From contig CM035354.1 of NCBI GenBank assembly GCA_020137815.1, positions 1,860,001 to 1,924,000 of the forward strand: DNA of 64,000 nt, read 5' to 3'. The DNA is from Hormiphora californensis. Its lineage: Eukaryota; Animalia; Ctenophora. This document shows, piece by piece, positions 1-13,570 of this stretch (its first letter is position 1; each line of letters opens with the position of its first letter). The translations under genes were made by a program, and so were the position numbers. Under the pieces are notes generated by a model. It saw nothing but the letters and a program-made list of their open reading frames with translations, did no database searches and was not told where the DNA came from.

Positions 1-31
1 CTAACACTCTCACCCCTAACACCTCTCTCAG

Positions 32-1617
32 ATTGTGAAGCTTGAACAGCGGCTAGTGTCTTATACCCTGGAGAAGAGCACCCAGAACAAGGAGCTGGCG
101 GGACACCTTGGCAAGCTGAAAAACCTTGAGGTTCAGGTGGAGAGAGCCAAGGCCCTGGTGGACAAGGGAAATAATCTGATACAGTATCTGGAGGAAAAGA
201 GGGCGGGATGCTTGTCTGAGCTAAGGGAAAAGAATAGGGTGGTTGCTGATCTAACTAAACGAATTGAAGAACCTGATAAGTGGAGAGATGAACAGTTTGC
301 TAAAGCTGCCCTTGAGAGGTAATATAATGTCATCCGATTGATTCCAGTGATACAGAGTCGTAATTTCGCGAAAACCGCTGCAGCTACAAACCAGCAACTA
401 CAAATATCACCTTCATCCTCTACCTACCCCCTACAGTCCCCCCCCCCCCCCTGGTGCCCCGATCCTCTCTTTGATTTGAATCCCGAGTTCTAACTCCCTA
501 ATTTCTGTTATAGTGGTCTGGGAGATGAAGAGAAACCGGGTAGCTCCGGTCTACAAATCACAGCTGATGATGATGATGAGGGTGATATGGAGCCAGGAGA
601 GATAGGATCGGATGAAAGTGGGGAAGGTAGAAGCACTCCAGTTTTACCAAGTGTTCCTACACGGGATTCCAGGTACTATTTTTATCAATTACGATCATCA
701 TTTTTCATGTTGTTAATTAATTAATTAGCCAATTAAACACCACTTATAATCTCCTGCAGTGAGGAATTGCAAGATGCAATGAACAGCGTGGAAGAGCTTC
801 TAAAATCATGTCTCGCTACCCTGAAGCTACCCTCATGGCCAAGAGAGAAGTTATCCATAAAACCAATTGTTGAGTTTACCCCTCGTGCACCTGAAAGGAT
901 CAGAGAGAAAGGAAAAGGAGATAGAGTATCGGCTCTTTATACCAGCCCTCTCACCTTCTTCCGGTCATACAGGTATGTATTCTTGGTAGAAGACTTTCTT
1001 TCTGAATCAGTATTATTTAGCTGAAAACTATTTTTTATTCTCCCCTCAGGTTTAGCCCCTATTACAGGAGTAAGGCACAGTTGGCTCTCACCAGCGCTAC
1101 CTACTCCCATAAGATCCGTCCTGATATACCATTATGTCCCCATGATCTACACGGCAAGTGCCTGGATCGAACCTGTCAAAGGTAAACAGCTGACGTCATT
1201 GTATATGACGTCATTGTATATGACGTCACTCTGAAGCTGACGTCATTGTATATGACGTCACTCTGAAGTAGCTAAAACACTTGCATAACGTTTTTAAGTA
1301 TCTATTTAAATCCTTCCTTCCATACACACCAGGCAACATCTTTCTACGGTGACTAGTGTCTCGGGAGCAGAGTTGCGGACACAACTGTGTGTCAGTGCGG
1401 GGCTGAAAGTCTCCACTATTAGTAAATTTGAGCAGCTTCATAGAAACCTTCAGGACTCTGAGCTAAACCTGCTTTTCTGTGGTCATCTCAACAAGATGAG
1501 GAAGGAACGAAGTTAGTAATTGAGTAGATAGTCTGGTTGTAAATTCTAGGTGTAGCTCACAATGCATTTTATTTTATAAAATAACGCATGTGAGGGTTCG
1601 GCAGAGCAACTATCCTC

Positions 1618-1648
<31 letters not shown>

Positions 1649-4600
1649 CGTTAGAACATGTACTATTATAGGTACAGAGAGCGAGAGTGTGTTAGAACAT
1701 GTACTATTATAGGTACAGAGAGCGAGAGTGCATTAGAACATGTACTATTATAGGTACAGAGTCTGAACAATTAAACATTTTTACATCATGTCATTTTATG
1801 ATGACTATCCTTCAGAGAAAGATTTCTACTTTGTAAATACGACCCATGTTCCTCCGGTCCTACATATAAAGAGAAAGGATGCCCTGCCGACCAGAGAGAA
1901 ACTGTCCGCTTACCTAGAGACGTCCTCCTCTCAAACCCACCACTATAACAAGTAAGGGTTCACTATAATGTGACACAGCTGAATAATAATATTTTGAACG
2001 CTTTTTGAACAAATAGTACCACTGGGCACTTGCACCCCGGGGAGTCCGGTTAACGAAGGTTTGACTGTTTTCTAAAGGAAAGGTTAAAATAATAAACGCA
2101 ATACAAATTTCAAATGAAATTCTCAAAATTTTATATCACGCTATCCTTCACGTAACAGTCTCTACTGCACTTCCCTTGGTCGAAGGAAGCATGTGACGTC
2201 ATTTTTCAACTTCATCGGTGCAACATTCTGATTGATCACGGGTGGATTCTCCTTATCAAACCTCTGCTCAACATCGTATCTTTTTGCCAACGCCGAGAGA
2301 GTCAGCTTCATCAGCATCATAGCTAGATGCTTGCCAATGCATCCTCGGGAACCAGCCCAGAAGGGGGTATAGGAAAACTCAGTGGGGACAAAGTCCTCTG
2401 TCCACCTATCAGGGTTAAAGGTGTAGGGATCCGTCCAGTATTCCTCATCGTGATGCATCACGTAGTGATTGTACGCAATCCGAAAACCTTTGGAGTATAT
2501 TTTGTAGCCTGCAAAGTTATGTGATCCATCCGCGTTTGTTTGATTTTCTCTCCTGGAGGAAAGGGCTGTGTTAGTAATATAATGACAAACACAAATATAT
2601 GAAAGAAACAAGTTTTCTACTAATTGGGCGATGGGGTGCCTGAGAGCTTCTGTGGTAATTGAGAAATTTAGGGTTTAATATTTAGTGGTTGTTTTACTTA
2701 TTTGCCAAGCTATACTGCCTTTCGCAAGCCCTGCAAATGTAAAGGGAGGGTTAGAACATAACAAGGGGTGATCGGTTAATTGAATTGTGAATCAGTTACT
2801 TACTGACTAACAGTCCTCAATCCCCTTAGCAAGGCAGGTGCCATTCTCATCCCCTCCAAGAGGCACATTTCAGTATACTTTAGATTCCTCAAATCACTAT
2901 TACTCTCCACATTAACCTCCCGCAGCTCTTTAAACATCCTCTCTTGGATCTTCGGGTATTTTTCTAATATCATAAACAGAGTACATGTTTGTTTAACCAG
3001 ATTATCTGTCACCAAGCATACCGTAACGATGTCATCCACAACCTTCTCAAAAACCTGACTGTGCTTTAACAGCTTGCTAGTCTTTCCAGTCATTCTTCCT
3101 GCGTCTATCAAATTTGCCACCATACTCTGCTTATCCAGCAGCTGTTCCCCAGATCGCATATCCTTGGAAATCTTTTTAACAACATCCATACTATCCTGAC
3201 GAAGCTCCTTTACAATTTCAATTACACTTTGAGCCTTCATTTCGGTGATCTTTTTGTAGCTCAGCATCGTTTTGGTATCTTTAATCGAGATTTCGTTTAG
3301 AATCCTAAGTGTCATATCAGCCACTTTCTGCGGCTCAAGAGGATCATCCATTCCCAGTGCTTGCATGAAGTGGATGTAGGTAACCGCCATCAGGTCATGG
3401 AAATCCACAACTGATCCCTTCTCTCCAACCTTCTCTTTCCACATACTAACAATTTGCCGATCCAGGTGCGCCTTGCACTGTGGAAACAGAGCAGTCATGT
3501 TGGTCTTTGAGAAGAAATGGCTCATATGTTTCCTCTTGATGGCCCAGTTTTTCCCATTACCCGAGAGGATGCTGTTTGTCCCAATCAGCTTCTGGCCCCG
3601 GATGACCCTGTTGGGCAGGTCTGATGCCTTCCTGTACACATTAATGGAGGTGGCAAGTTCCTTCAGGACCACGGGGTCATGAGTAAACATGAGCATACTG
3701 TTGTTCATGAAGATGCAGTAGTTCTTGCCCAACTTCTTCCGCCATTCCATCACTGTATCCAAAAGGGCGTTATCTTCACGTGCTTTATTGAGCGTGTACA
3801 CGTGTCCAACTATCCAGCCATCCAATGGTGGCGTGGGAATGTGCCGGTTGTCCCATTTTTGTTTTACACTTTTCCAGGATCGCTTTACAAAATAGATGCC
3901 GACCAGGACGGCCAGGGTCAGTAACAGGTACATAGTGAATTGGGCTGATAGGAGAAACTAACATTATAAGGAATCAATCTTGAAAACCATTGACTCTCCC
4001 ATATAATTTTTTGTTGTTGAAAAAATGGAACTACAATATATGCAAGGTGAAGAGTCACTTGAGGGTGGTATGCGAACTAGCAGAAAACGGATAGGATCGC
4101 AGCGGTGTGTAATGACGTATTGGGGAACAATTATATATTTGTGGGTTGCCCACGCCCTCAAGACTTGATTTGCTGCAGGGAAAACTGGTCGAGTGATACG
4201 AGCAACGGGGCAAAAATCTCGAGGCTAAGTAGACCACTGGGGAAAACGGTTTTTTTTATTTAGAACCCTGAAATTTCAACTATAGAAATTAGAAAGTGAT
4301 GAATTATAGGGATCGAATTAAGCCAATAACTATTAATGCTGTGCTAGATAACATTTAATAATCCTTAGCGGCAAACAATGATGTTCACTCAATCAACTAC
4401 ATTGTCCTAGTCCCTCAATATTCCGCAATTGCGGCCCCTTACAAACGGTCAGACCCCGGTCAGACGGATAGTAAAGGATGTACCTCACTTTTTATTTTAC
4501 TAGAAAATTCTAAAATAATTAAATTTTAGAAAAATTGGCCTCCAGCTGGAAATCGAACCTGGGTAGCATGTGTCAGAGTCATAATTATCAGCTGATTATA

Positions 4601-5984
4601 GGCTGTCTCTAGAGAATCTTGTTTTGTTCAAACCCCGCGGAGCTCGCGAAAAAAAGGGTCGAGCTATAGACAAAGAAAATCCTGTTCAGAAACAGTCAAA
4701 GTTTTGGCAACGCGTGTCAAAATGAGGATCAAAGTTTGTTGTTCCAAGCACTAAACGGCACCATTGACCCCCCCCCCCCTCCCACCCCCCAATATCTCTC
4801 TAACATCACCTCATATTTCTAGGGTGATATGGGCGCTATCATGCCTCAGTCTCGGAGGTGACCCTGTCGCAACAGTGCAAGGCTTCACCACGAGATCCTG
4901 AGAGCTGGTTGGCCCTCGTTAGTTGTCAGCGAAACAGAGCAGCAGGACCGAGCGTACTGAATAACACTCTTAGCAAGGCCCTACAGTACAACAAATCTTG
5001 TCCGGTTAGTGCTGATGATTTTAGAGGTGGTTGATATTTTACTAGGAGATGTTATTATCTATTACTCCGTATAATAATAAAACCAGCGATACCAGCATGA
5101 TAATAATAATACCTGTGTTATCCAGTATTGTACTATTTCGATTTTATTTCCTTTCCTTCTTCCCGACAGGAGCTTTGGGTAGAATATCTGAAACTAAAAT
5201 CGGAGCTCTCCACCTCGCCTAATGATCTGATAGCACACTACGAACAGGCCCTAAAACTCGCTCCCTCTCCCGTTCTCTGGAAGAATCTCGCTCCAAAACT
5301 ATGCTCATTTGCATCACAAATCGAGGCCCTGGACTCAGCACTGCGAATCTGCACAGTTACAGATAGCGAGTGCTATGGAGAACTAAAGAAGGACAGACTC
5401 TTATTATTGCATAGAGCAGGTTACGGTGTGGCGAGTGAGCTTGAGGAGACCCTATCAGACATGGGCAAGCTAACAGATCATCACCTACTATGGTTTATCA
5501 GGCAGTCTCTGTACCACGCCCAAACCTCCTCCCTCTCCTATAGCCCGGAGGAGGTGACTGTAACATCTCCCCCGGCCACCTTGGAGGGGTGTCTCAAGGA
5601 GGCGGTTACCATAGTGACCAGTGCCGATATCCTACTCAGTCTCTATCGACTACAAAGTGAGGTTGTATCTGTTCTCAGTACACGAGAGGCTGCCATTGCC
5701 CTCCTAAGTGATGTCACCAGCCGGCGACCTGAACTGTTCCAATTGATGGAGGACATTGTTCGACTGGGAGGTTGGGTGGAACCGGACGTGCCCTGGCCTA
5801 GGTTGGTCTATCTACAGATGGAGTCTGCCCTAGAGAATGGGCAGCGGGATTTGGCAGTCTCTGTGGCGGGCAACTTGGTTGGGGCGCTAATTGGACGCCA
5901 CGTACAGGACGATGCAGATAACATTGTTCAGCTATACAGGTTAGTTAGATCAGTTAGATCTATCTCTCTCTCTATATATATATA

Positions 5985-6042
<58 letters not shown>

Positions 6043-7880
6043 ATATCTCTAATATCTCTAATCTCCCTATCTCTCACCCACACCCAGGGAAGTGCTTTCT
6101 ATCTCAATGGGTGGAGTTGTACTCCCCGAATACCGTTCTCTAACCGAGTTAGATCACCGTCCCTGGCTGGTAATGGTCTACTCTCGACTATCCTCCCTGT
6201 TTCCCTGTGATCCAGTGGAACAATACCGGCTCTTCTCGACCCGATTAGCTCATGTTGTCGCTGGGTCGGAGGAAATTAATTCCCTCCGTCATGCGATTTC
6301 ATGTGAGCCTTCAATCGCAGGAGCGCAAACCCTTTGGAAAAGGTGAGAAAATCGAGATGTTATACTTTTATTTTGTTTCTGGATTTTTCGATACTTATCT
6401 GAAGTTTCCCTCCCTTAGATACATTGTGGTGATGGAGGAGGAGTGTAAAAAAGATAAACAGTTGGTCAACGTATGTTCTATCTTCTATCTTGTTTCTACC
6501 GCTCTCTGTCTCACGTTACCAAACCCTGACCCGTCCGCTCCCCTCCCCAATTAATCATCCAAGCCTCTATTGCCCATGATTTTAAATCTATTGAATGACC
6601 TCTATTCCCCTCATTTGTCACCTCTAATTCCCCTGTTTCACTCCCTTCCCATTTCCTAGATACTACACGAGGAATATATACACTGTCTGAAGACTGTCCC
6701 GTGTGCGGGCTCGGGAGACTTCACCTTCCACAACGAGGTACCAGCTCAGCTCTCTGCCAGTCTCTGGAGTTTCATCGGCTCAGCTGCAAACACACCGGAC
6801 CCCTGTGACATGCCCGGGCGTGTCATTTTGGTATCTTGTGGCCCTTCTGAGTACTCCGGGGACGGCCCAGAAGAATCTTCCTGTACTCTGCTACACTGAC
6901 ACTAACAAACACAAGGACGGGATTTGGGGGTTTCGAAATTGAAAAAAAAACTGGTTTTTGGAAACTTGTAAAAAAGAGAAAGAGGCGTAAGAGCCCACCA
7001 AAAAAAAGAAATGAAAAAAAAGAAGAAAAAAACAAATAATTGGGAATGGAATGACTGACGGGATATTGGAATTAAATTTTTACAAGACAGGGACGGTTTT
7101 CCTTTTCTTCTCAGGTATTTTCCAAGATGACGTCTCACTTCAAGCACCCAGAAGACAGATTACAGGAGATGGCTGATTTCCTAATGTCCTACAGACAAAA
7201 CAGAGCACTACTGATCAGGTGAGAGTGTCTTTGTTGCACCCTTCTTACTTTCTAAGAAACTCTCTACCACACTTCTTCCTAGATATGCCTCTAAAGTGTC
7301 GCAAAGTAACGTCGACTCGGTTATCCACTGCATCAAGAATTATCTAAAAGACGCCCCTGACGATGAAGAACTATGGATAATGTATACCTGTCGGTTTGTG
7401 TGTCTGTCTGTCTGTCACACTCCCCCTCCCCTCACATATCTCACACCCGCCCTCTCTCTCCCTCATCCAGGTTGATCAACCTGTCTCAACGATGCCTGGG
7501 TACCAGCGACGTATGTGAAACGAGGATCCTCTCAAGGGATCAGGTGATTGTCTTGTTTCGTTTCCTCCTTTACTAACCCCTCTCTACCTCTCAGATACGG
7601 TGCCTTGGACGGGATGCCTTGACTGCCCTGCCTCTCAGCTGCAATGTACTTCTCCAGGTATGAAACTGTTTATTCACCTCCTGTTTGTTAGTCTCCTGTG
7701 ACCTGTATTAACTTCAAACTAATTACCCCCCAATTATTTCTAACATGTCCATCCCTTTAGGTTCTACAGTTCGAGATAAGGCAGTCGGACAATGAAGATG
7801 AGCGGAGAGAGTTATGTATTTGGGCGTTGAAACAGGCAAAGGACCGGGGTATTCGATTAATAAACGGACAATCCTTGTAG
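32..7880 (+). CDS. ZFC3H1: Zinc finger C3H1 domain-containing protein (PAXT/exosome adaptor), multi-exon, 5' end outside window
   Basis: GT-AG exons ~32-318, 514-672, 760-972, 1050-1181, 1333-1511, 1816-1951, 4823-5004, 5170-5939, 6089-6342, several small exons, and last exon 7761-7880 (..RGIRLINGQSL*). The spliced product gives SPLTFFRSYRFSPYYRSK..TYSHKIRPDIPLCPHDLHGKCLDRTCQRQH, the ZFC3H1 zf-C3H1 signature, followed by HAT/TPR-like helical repeats (ELWVEYLK). Confidence 0.85.
1191..1268. repeat. Intronic minisatellite containing five TGACGTCA (CRE) palindromes
   Basis: tgacgtca-ttgtata / tgacgtca-ctctgaag units read directly from the sequence. Confidence 0.85.
1643..1761. repeat. Three ~40-bp tandem units (agagtgcgttagaacatgtactattataggtacag) next to a (GA)n tract
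   Basis: Direct inspection. Confidence 0.85.
2162..3933 (-). CDS. Cytochrome P450, 2 exons (3933-2804, 2552-2162), ~506 aa, nested in a ZFC3H1 intron
   Basis: N-terminal membrane anchor, Pro-rich hinge (PTPPLDGWIVGH), C-helix WAIKR, K-helix EGMR, PERF-like FNPDRW, heme motif FWAGSRGCIG. A phase-2 intron (CA|GTAAGT...TTCCTCCAG|G) joins the two ORFs in frame (1521 nt). Confidence 0.93.
4536..4603 (-). pseudogene. Degenerate tRNA-like fragment / possible SINE head
   Basis: Minus strand reads GCCT...CCCAGGTTCGATTTCCAGCTGGAGGCCA, with a B-box/T-arm-like GGTTCGATT and acceptor-like ends. The D and anticodon arms pair poorly. Confidence 0.3.
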
Positions 7881-8369
7881 ACACACGTGATGCATGACTC
7901 GCGTGAATTGTTTTCCGGTACGGGTTTATTTCATCATGGGACCAGATTTTTACTTTGTTTTTCGAGAGTTTTTTAAATGAAACCCAATATTCACAATGAT
8001 CTTACATTTCCCATTTTCATAGATGATTGTTTTTAGTTTGTTTCTAAAAACTAGGAATCGTTGAGCAGATGTGTCTCAGCCTGTGCGAAAATCTCCCTGA
8101 TTCTCTGTGGCGACTCGTTGCAAAATGATTCCTAAAAGGGCAAAAGCAAACTCAAGGGGTTAAAAGTTACAAAAAAACATCACACATTTTATGTAACACG
8201 CTGCAGGATATCTGTAGTGTCTAATATTCTCTCTCTTGTCTGAAATAAAATCTCTCTCTGTACATTGATCTTCTATTGTTCATACTGTCTCAAGTCTACT
8301 CGGACAACACGCAGTATAAACAGTTATACAAAGTAGAACTCCGATTGTTGGTTTAAAAGAGTTCAATCC

Positions 8370-10150
8370 TCATATCTCGATCGGTTTCACTACTGGTTTC
8401 CGGATGTGTCTCATACAAGCACCAGGCTCGGTCGGTTTAAAGGGAGCAAGAGCTCCGTACGGTCTGGGGACGGGCAGCTCTGACAAATCGTCAGGAATAT
8501 ACGCATTAGGTCGTGGTTCTGCCGTTGTGGTTATTCCTCCAGGAACGGTGTACTGCTCAGCCTCTTCAACGTCCTAAAATGGGAGATAATTGGGTAATTA
8601 AGCAGGTCATTGGGAGATAATTGGGTAATAAAGCAGGTCATTGGGAGAAAATTATCTCGAATGTTGAGGTGCGAGATTGAGCAGGGGGGGGCCTGTCTTT
8701 ACACACGCGCGCATGTTACCCCAGTAACCGCGCGAAACGAACCGATATGAAGCCACAAGGTTGTTCTCGCGCGCTACACACCTGCTGTTTCTTCATTTGC
8801 CTCGCAATCTTCATATCATCCTCTCGCACCATTCTCTGCCACTCCACATCAGCTTCATCGGAGGGTGGAAGACCCATATCGAGACGCCTGTAGCCATCTT
8901 CTACATTAGCCCTCTTGTCCGCAGCCTCCTGTTGTAACTTCATCGTCTCTGCCTGGTTCATACTCAATTCGGAGACCAAGGCCATCATTTTCCGGGTTGT
9001 GTCCTGGAGCTTCCGCTGGTATTCGTTCACTTGTTTCGCGAGGTGCAGGGTGTCAGTCTGACCTAGTTCAACCTAAAAGAGGGGATACCATGAAATATAT
9101 AGAACAGGACATTAAGGTCTCAATGGGGCACCAGAACATCTAAAGAAGAAGACCACCCCACTGACTAAAAGCATACTCTCAATAATTGTCATACCTTCTT
9201 TGACAATCGTTCTGTCAACCGTGCTTCCTCTTCCAAAATCAACTCTTTTTCAAGTAGCTTCTGTTCCTGTTCTGCCAAACGCTTCCTCCAGTTTCTCACA
9301 GTCCTCCTCTAATTTGTCCGGGTTGTGATCCTGCCCCTTTAGAAGGCGAACCCGGCCCTTATTCTCAGGAGACTCCAACTTCTTTTCCAATTCGTACAGT
9401 CGCTCTTGAGTTGATGTCAGCTGTTTGGAGAAGTTACATTATATGTAAGATAAAAATTTGATATGTTTAAAAATACATATAATTTCATAGCAAATGAACT
9501 GAAAATGAACTGCCAATTTTCTACCTCGATCTGAGATTCCACCAGAGAATTCTCAATGTTGGCCTTCTCTGGAACCTGCTTTCTCAGCAAATCAATCTGT
9601 CGTTGTAGTTCTCTGAGCTCTAGATTCAGAACTCGTTTATTTTCGTCCTTATCTTGCATTGACACTGCTCCCTCTCTTAGTAGCTGGTCTGGTGAAGATA
9701 TTACATGAGTCAAAATCCGGGTTTTTTTTGCATATCTTATGTTTCGCAATTCGCATAATGATCTTTGATAGCGATATATGAATATTTACACGTGTAATAT
9801 TACACGGCTTGTTCTGATTTGTCTCGCTCACCATGAATGTTGACCTTTTCGTAAAATATGCACACCTCCTCATTTCTCTCAATCAGATGGATTCCCCGAT
9901 CATTTCTTTCCTGAACCGCCGCTTCATACCGCTTTCTCAACTGAAATTGGGGGTGTCAGATAGAGTGTTATTGTTTAGATTTGTGCGGCGTGCTCTGCGT
10001 GGCGTGCTCTGTGAGGGTTCGGTAGCTCAAGTTTATATTCGCTCTTGTGCGGCCTCCATGAAAATAGAGGCTAAGAAAAGAATGCCACAGTTTGTGTGTG
10101 AGTTGGATATTAGTGTGTGTTGCTTGTGTAGAACGCTAATATTGCTTGCT

Positions 10151-10249
<99 letters not shown>

Positions 10250-12978
10250 AGCTAGAGGAATCGACTAAAAAGTGAGTAGTAAGATGGAGGAAGTCTTCGG
10301 TAACACAAAGTGGAAAGACGGAAAGATAGAGAGACAGAGAGATAAAGAGATGGCCTCGTCCTTACCTTCACCATCTCATCCTCAGCCATGTTTATAATTT
10401 GGTTCAACCGATCGATGTTCAGCCGCTTTCTCTCTTCCTGCTCACGCATGCGTTCTTTTAGGTACCGCTGTTTGCCTAGCTCCAACTGGAGGTTGTCACG
10501 TAGAACCACAATGCTCGCATATTTCCTCTTCTCTTGCTTAACTTTTCTGAACGGAAGTTGAGTGGTTTGGTAAATCAAATATTTAGTTATTTGTTAATTA
10601 GAATCATGATAATGATAGCTCATAACATAACTGCAAGACTTCATTCCCTAGTTATATACCTGTCCTTATGATTTGCAGCCTGTTGAAGGATCTCAATTTC
10701 ATTGTGCAAGATCTTCTTTTTCTCCCTCATCTCTCCGGCACGTTGCGTTGAGGTTTGGATTAGGTTCACACATTTATTTCTCTCGTTCTTTATGACATTA
10801 TACATCTTGGCAAACTCTCGTAACCTACAGAGACGATCAAAGAAAAGTTCATAACTTTATCCCATTATTGGTAATGACCGTCTCTAGTGCAAGTAACAAA
10901 GAGTATGTAAATTGCGGCTAAAAGGATGGTCAATGCTTTTAGCAGGTTAGATGATAGGTCAGTCACATACAGCAATAGCTAAAGGTTTTGATAGTATATA
11001 ACACCTTGTTTGCATTTCTGCAGTTTTCTTCGCAGCGTCTTCGATAGCGTGCTGTTTCGCTTTCATGTCCTCTCTTGCCTTGTGGAACCTCATCTGTGTG
11101 TGGGGTTAGCAGCTTAGCAAATTGTTTAGTGTGCTGCTTTAGGGGGAAGAGCGAGGGGGAGAGAGGAGGAGGGCTGGGAAGATGGATTACAAAAATAGTT
11201 TAGCAGTGCTATAACTGTGAATTAAGTTAACAGCTCTGGCTCACCTCAGCTTTGAGATATTCTCTAGCCTTATTATCCCTCTCAATAGTTTTCAGACTTG
11301 TTATCCTAGTGATCTCCTGTAGGGCAGCCCTGAATTCAACCAAATCGAGAACTAGCTGCCTCTCCTCGCTCAAACTACTTTCAATTCGTTGTCGCTCTGC
11401 TGCTGTTAAATTGAGCTGCTTCACCAAAGTTCGCTTTAGATTTTCAACTTCGTGTTGAAGCTCCTTTCGTTTCTCCTGGAGTTTTACACTTTCCCGGTTA
11501 AAACTATCCAGCTCGTCTTTGTAGTTTTCGTGGCGCTGTTTCTCCAAACTTTGCTGATCTTCTGTGATCTTCAGATGTTTCTCAGCAATTTGCAGTGTTC
11601 GGAGTTCCTTGTCCTTATCTCTAGCTCGCCGGGCCTGCAGCTCATATTGGGCTTTGTACTCCGATTGGGCATGCTTCAACTGTAGATCAAACGTTGCCCT
11701 GAAAATATCAGAAACTGTTGTATTGAAAACTGATTACAAAATTCATTGACATTTTGACAAAGGAGGACCCACAAGAGAGGAATTTCTACACTATGTGTTT
11801 ATGGGGGATATTGTATTGTGTGATTTGTTAATATGAATTGGAAATATCACACTAACTTGTCTCCCATCAGAGCCGCCTCCTTCTCCTTGACCAGGGCTAG
11901 ATCCCTAACTCCCCCATCATACTCCCTTCCCAGGCCCTCGTGTTGTTGTCTAACAACCTCAATACTATGCTTTAAATTCAACTCGTCCTTCGACAGATCG
12001 CTGTACTTCGTGCTCAGTTTCGTAGTATCGTCGTCTAAGGTCTTTAGAGAGCTCTTCCTGGGCTTCTAACTTCCGTTGGATATCACTGTGTGGGGGTGAG
12101 ACATTATTATAGCTTAGCGAGATGAGAATAAAGAGGTTAGTGATAATCTAGTAAACGTTCATAAAAACTCACTTTAGTTGTTTTCCTAAACTCTCCACTT
12201 GTTTCGAGATATGACCTGGTGCCGATCGACATCGCACCAATTCAACTTTCAAATTCGCCTGCTCCTCCCCACACGTCTCAATCTCTTTCAGCTCATAACT
12301 CGTGTGCTTTGCCTTGTCATTTAGCTCCTCAGTCAAGCGTCTAATCTCGTGGCTTCGCTGAGCAACCTCAACTTTCAGCTCCTCCACCGCCTTTGACAGC
12401 TCTTTTTTCTGAGTTTCGACCAGCCCTGGTTTGGGACATTTCTCCACCTCAACCTGCTTATCAGCCACCTCTTCCTGCAATCGCTCAATCTCAAATTGCA
12501 GGGACACAATACGCTGCTCACTCTGCAAGAGTTTGTTGTTGTGCTTGAGAAGGGTTTGCCGGAGTTGCCCAACCTCCGTTAAATCTCCCCCGGAGAGGTC
12601 CTCTGAGGTGTTTTCAAGAAGATACTTCTGTTGACCAAGTTGATCATTGAGTCGTTTTGCTGATTGCAGTAATGTGGTTTCCTTTTCTTTGGCACTGAAA
12701 CATTTGGAATTGTAATTTGATTGAATCGTTTGTAATTGTGATATTGTTAAAATTATTTTACTGTATCTTGCATTGTTATATACATACCATTTTACTCGGT
12801 CGTGTAGCTCAAGATATTTTGTTTTCAGCTGTGCAATTCGTTCTGTTCCCACCTGTCCTGTCTCTAGCAGCTCATTCAGACATTTGAAGGCCGGTGTAGT
12901 ATTTACATCGACCTGCCCCTCCTTCGATGCGGGCCGAGGGGGAAGGGGAGACAGAAACTCGTCCTGCTTTTTGGACAT
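8370..12978 (-). CDS. CCDC146: Coiled-coil domain-containing protein 146 (MBO2-like axonemal protein), multi-exon
   Basis: Long coiled-coil exons. Conserved blocks: [41 protein letters not shown], and C-terminus [52 protein letters not shown]. One +1 frameshift near 9285. Confidence 0.9.
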
Positions 12979-13570
12979 AGAGCTTCGTGGCTATGAAATT
13001 AAAGTGTTTAATTAAAAAGGTAACCATTGACCACGTTATGATAATATGATTAAAGTAATTCCATTACTACAGATCGCCTAATATAATATCTTAAGTGTGC
13101 GAATACTAACATGAGCGACGTCCCAATTAGGGATACGGTAACTAAAACCTTGTCCTTTATCGAACTGACCCTTTAACTGACAGTAAAAATGGCAAATACC
13201 AATGAAAATGTTGACTGTTTACTGCTGAGGTCTGCATCGAGTGACCTGATTTTACAAAACTAAACTAAACAGCTCCAACGTGCACTCTTTGCACGCGTGT
13301 CATCTATTTTGAGCTTTTGAAATTAATCACAAGATCTGTAACTGAACAGTGAACATTTCCGAGGTTGCATGGAAATTCTGGCCAGTGGCTTAAACCACGT
13401 TTTGGATCGTAAACTCACGCACAGGGGCCTGCGGCGTACTGCGTATGTAAAAATGAACAGTCCTCTCTCGCGACAAAAGTCCAGATAAGGAACCATAATA
13501 AAGTTCAAGAGCGCACCCCATCCAAGAGCGTACCACCTCCAAAAGACACCACTCCAAGAGCGCACCTCAT

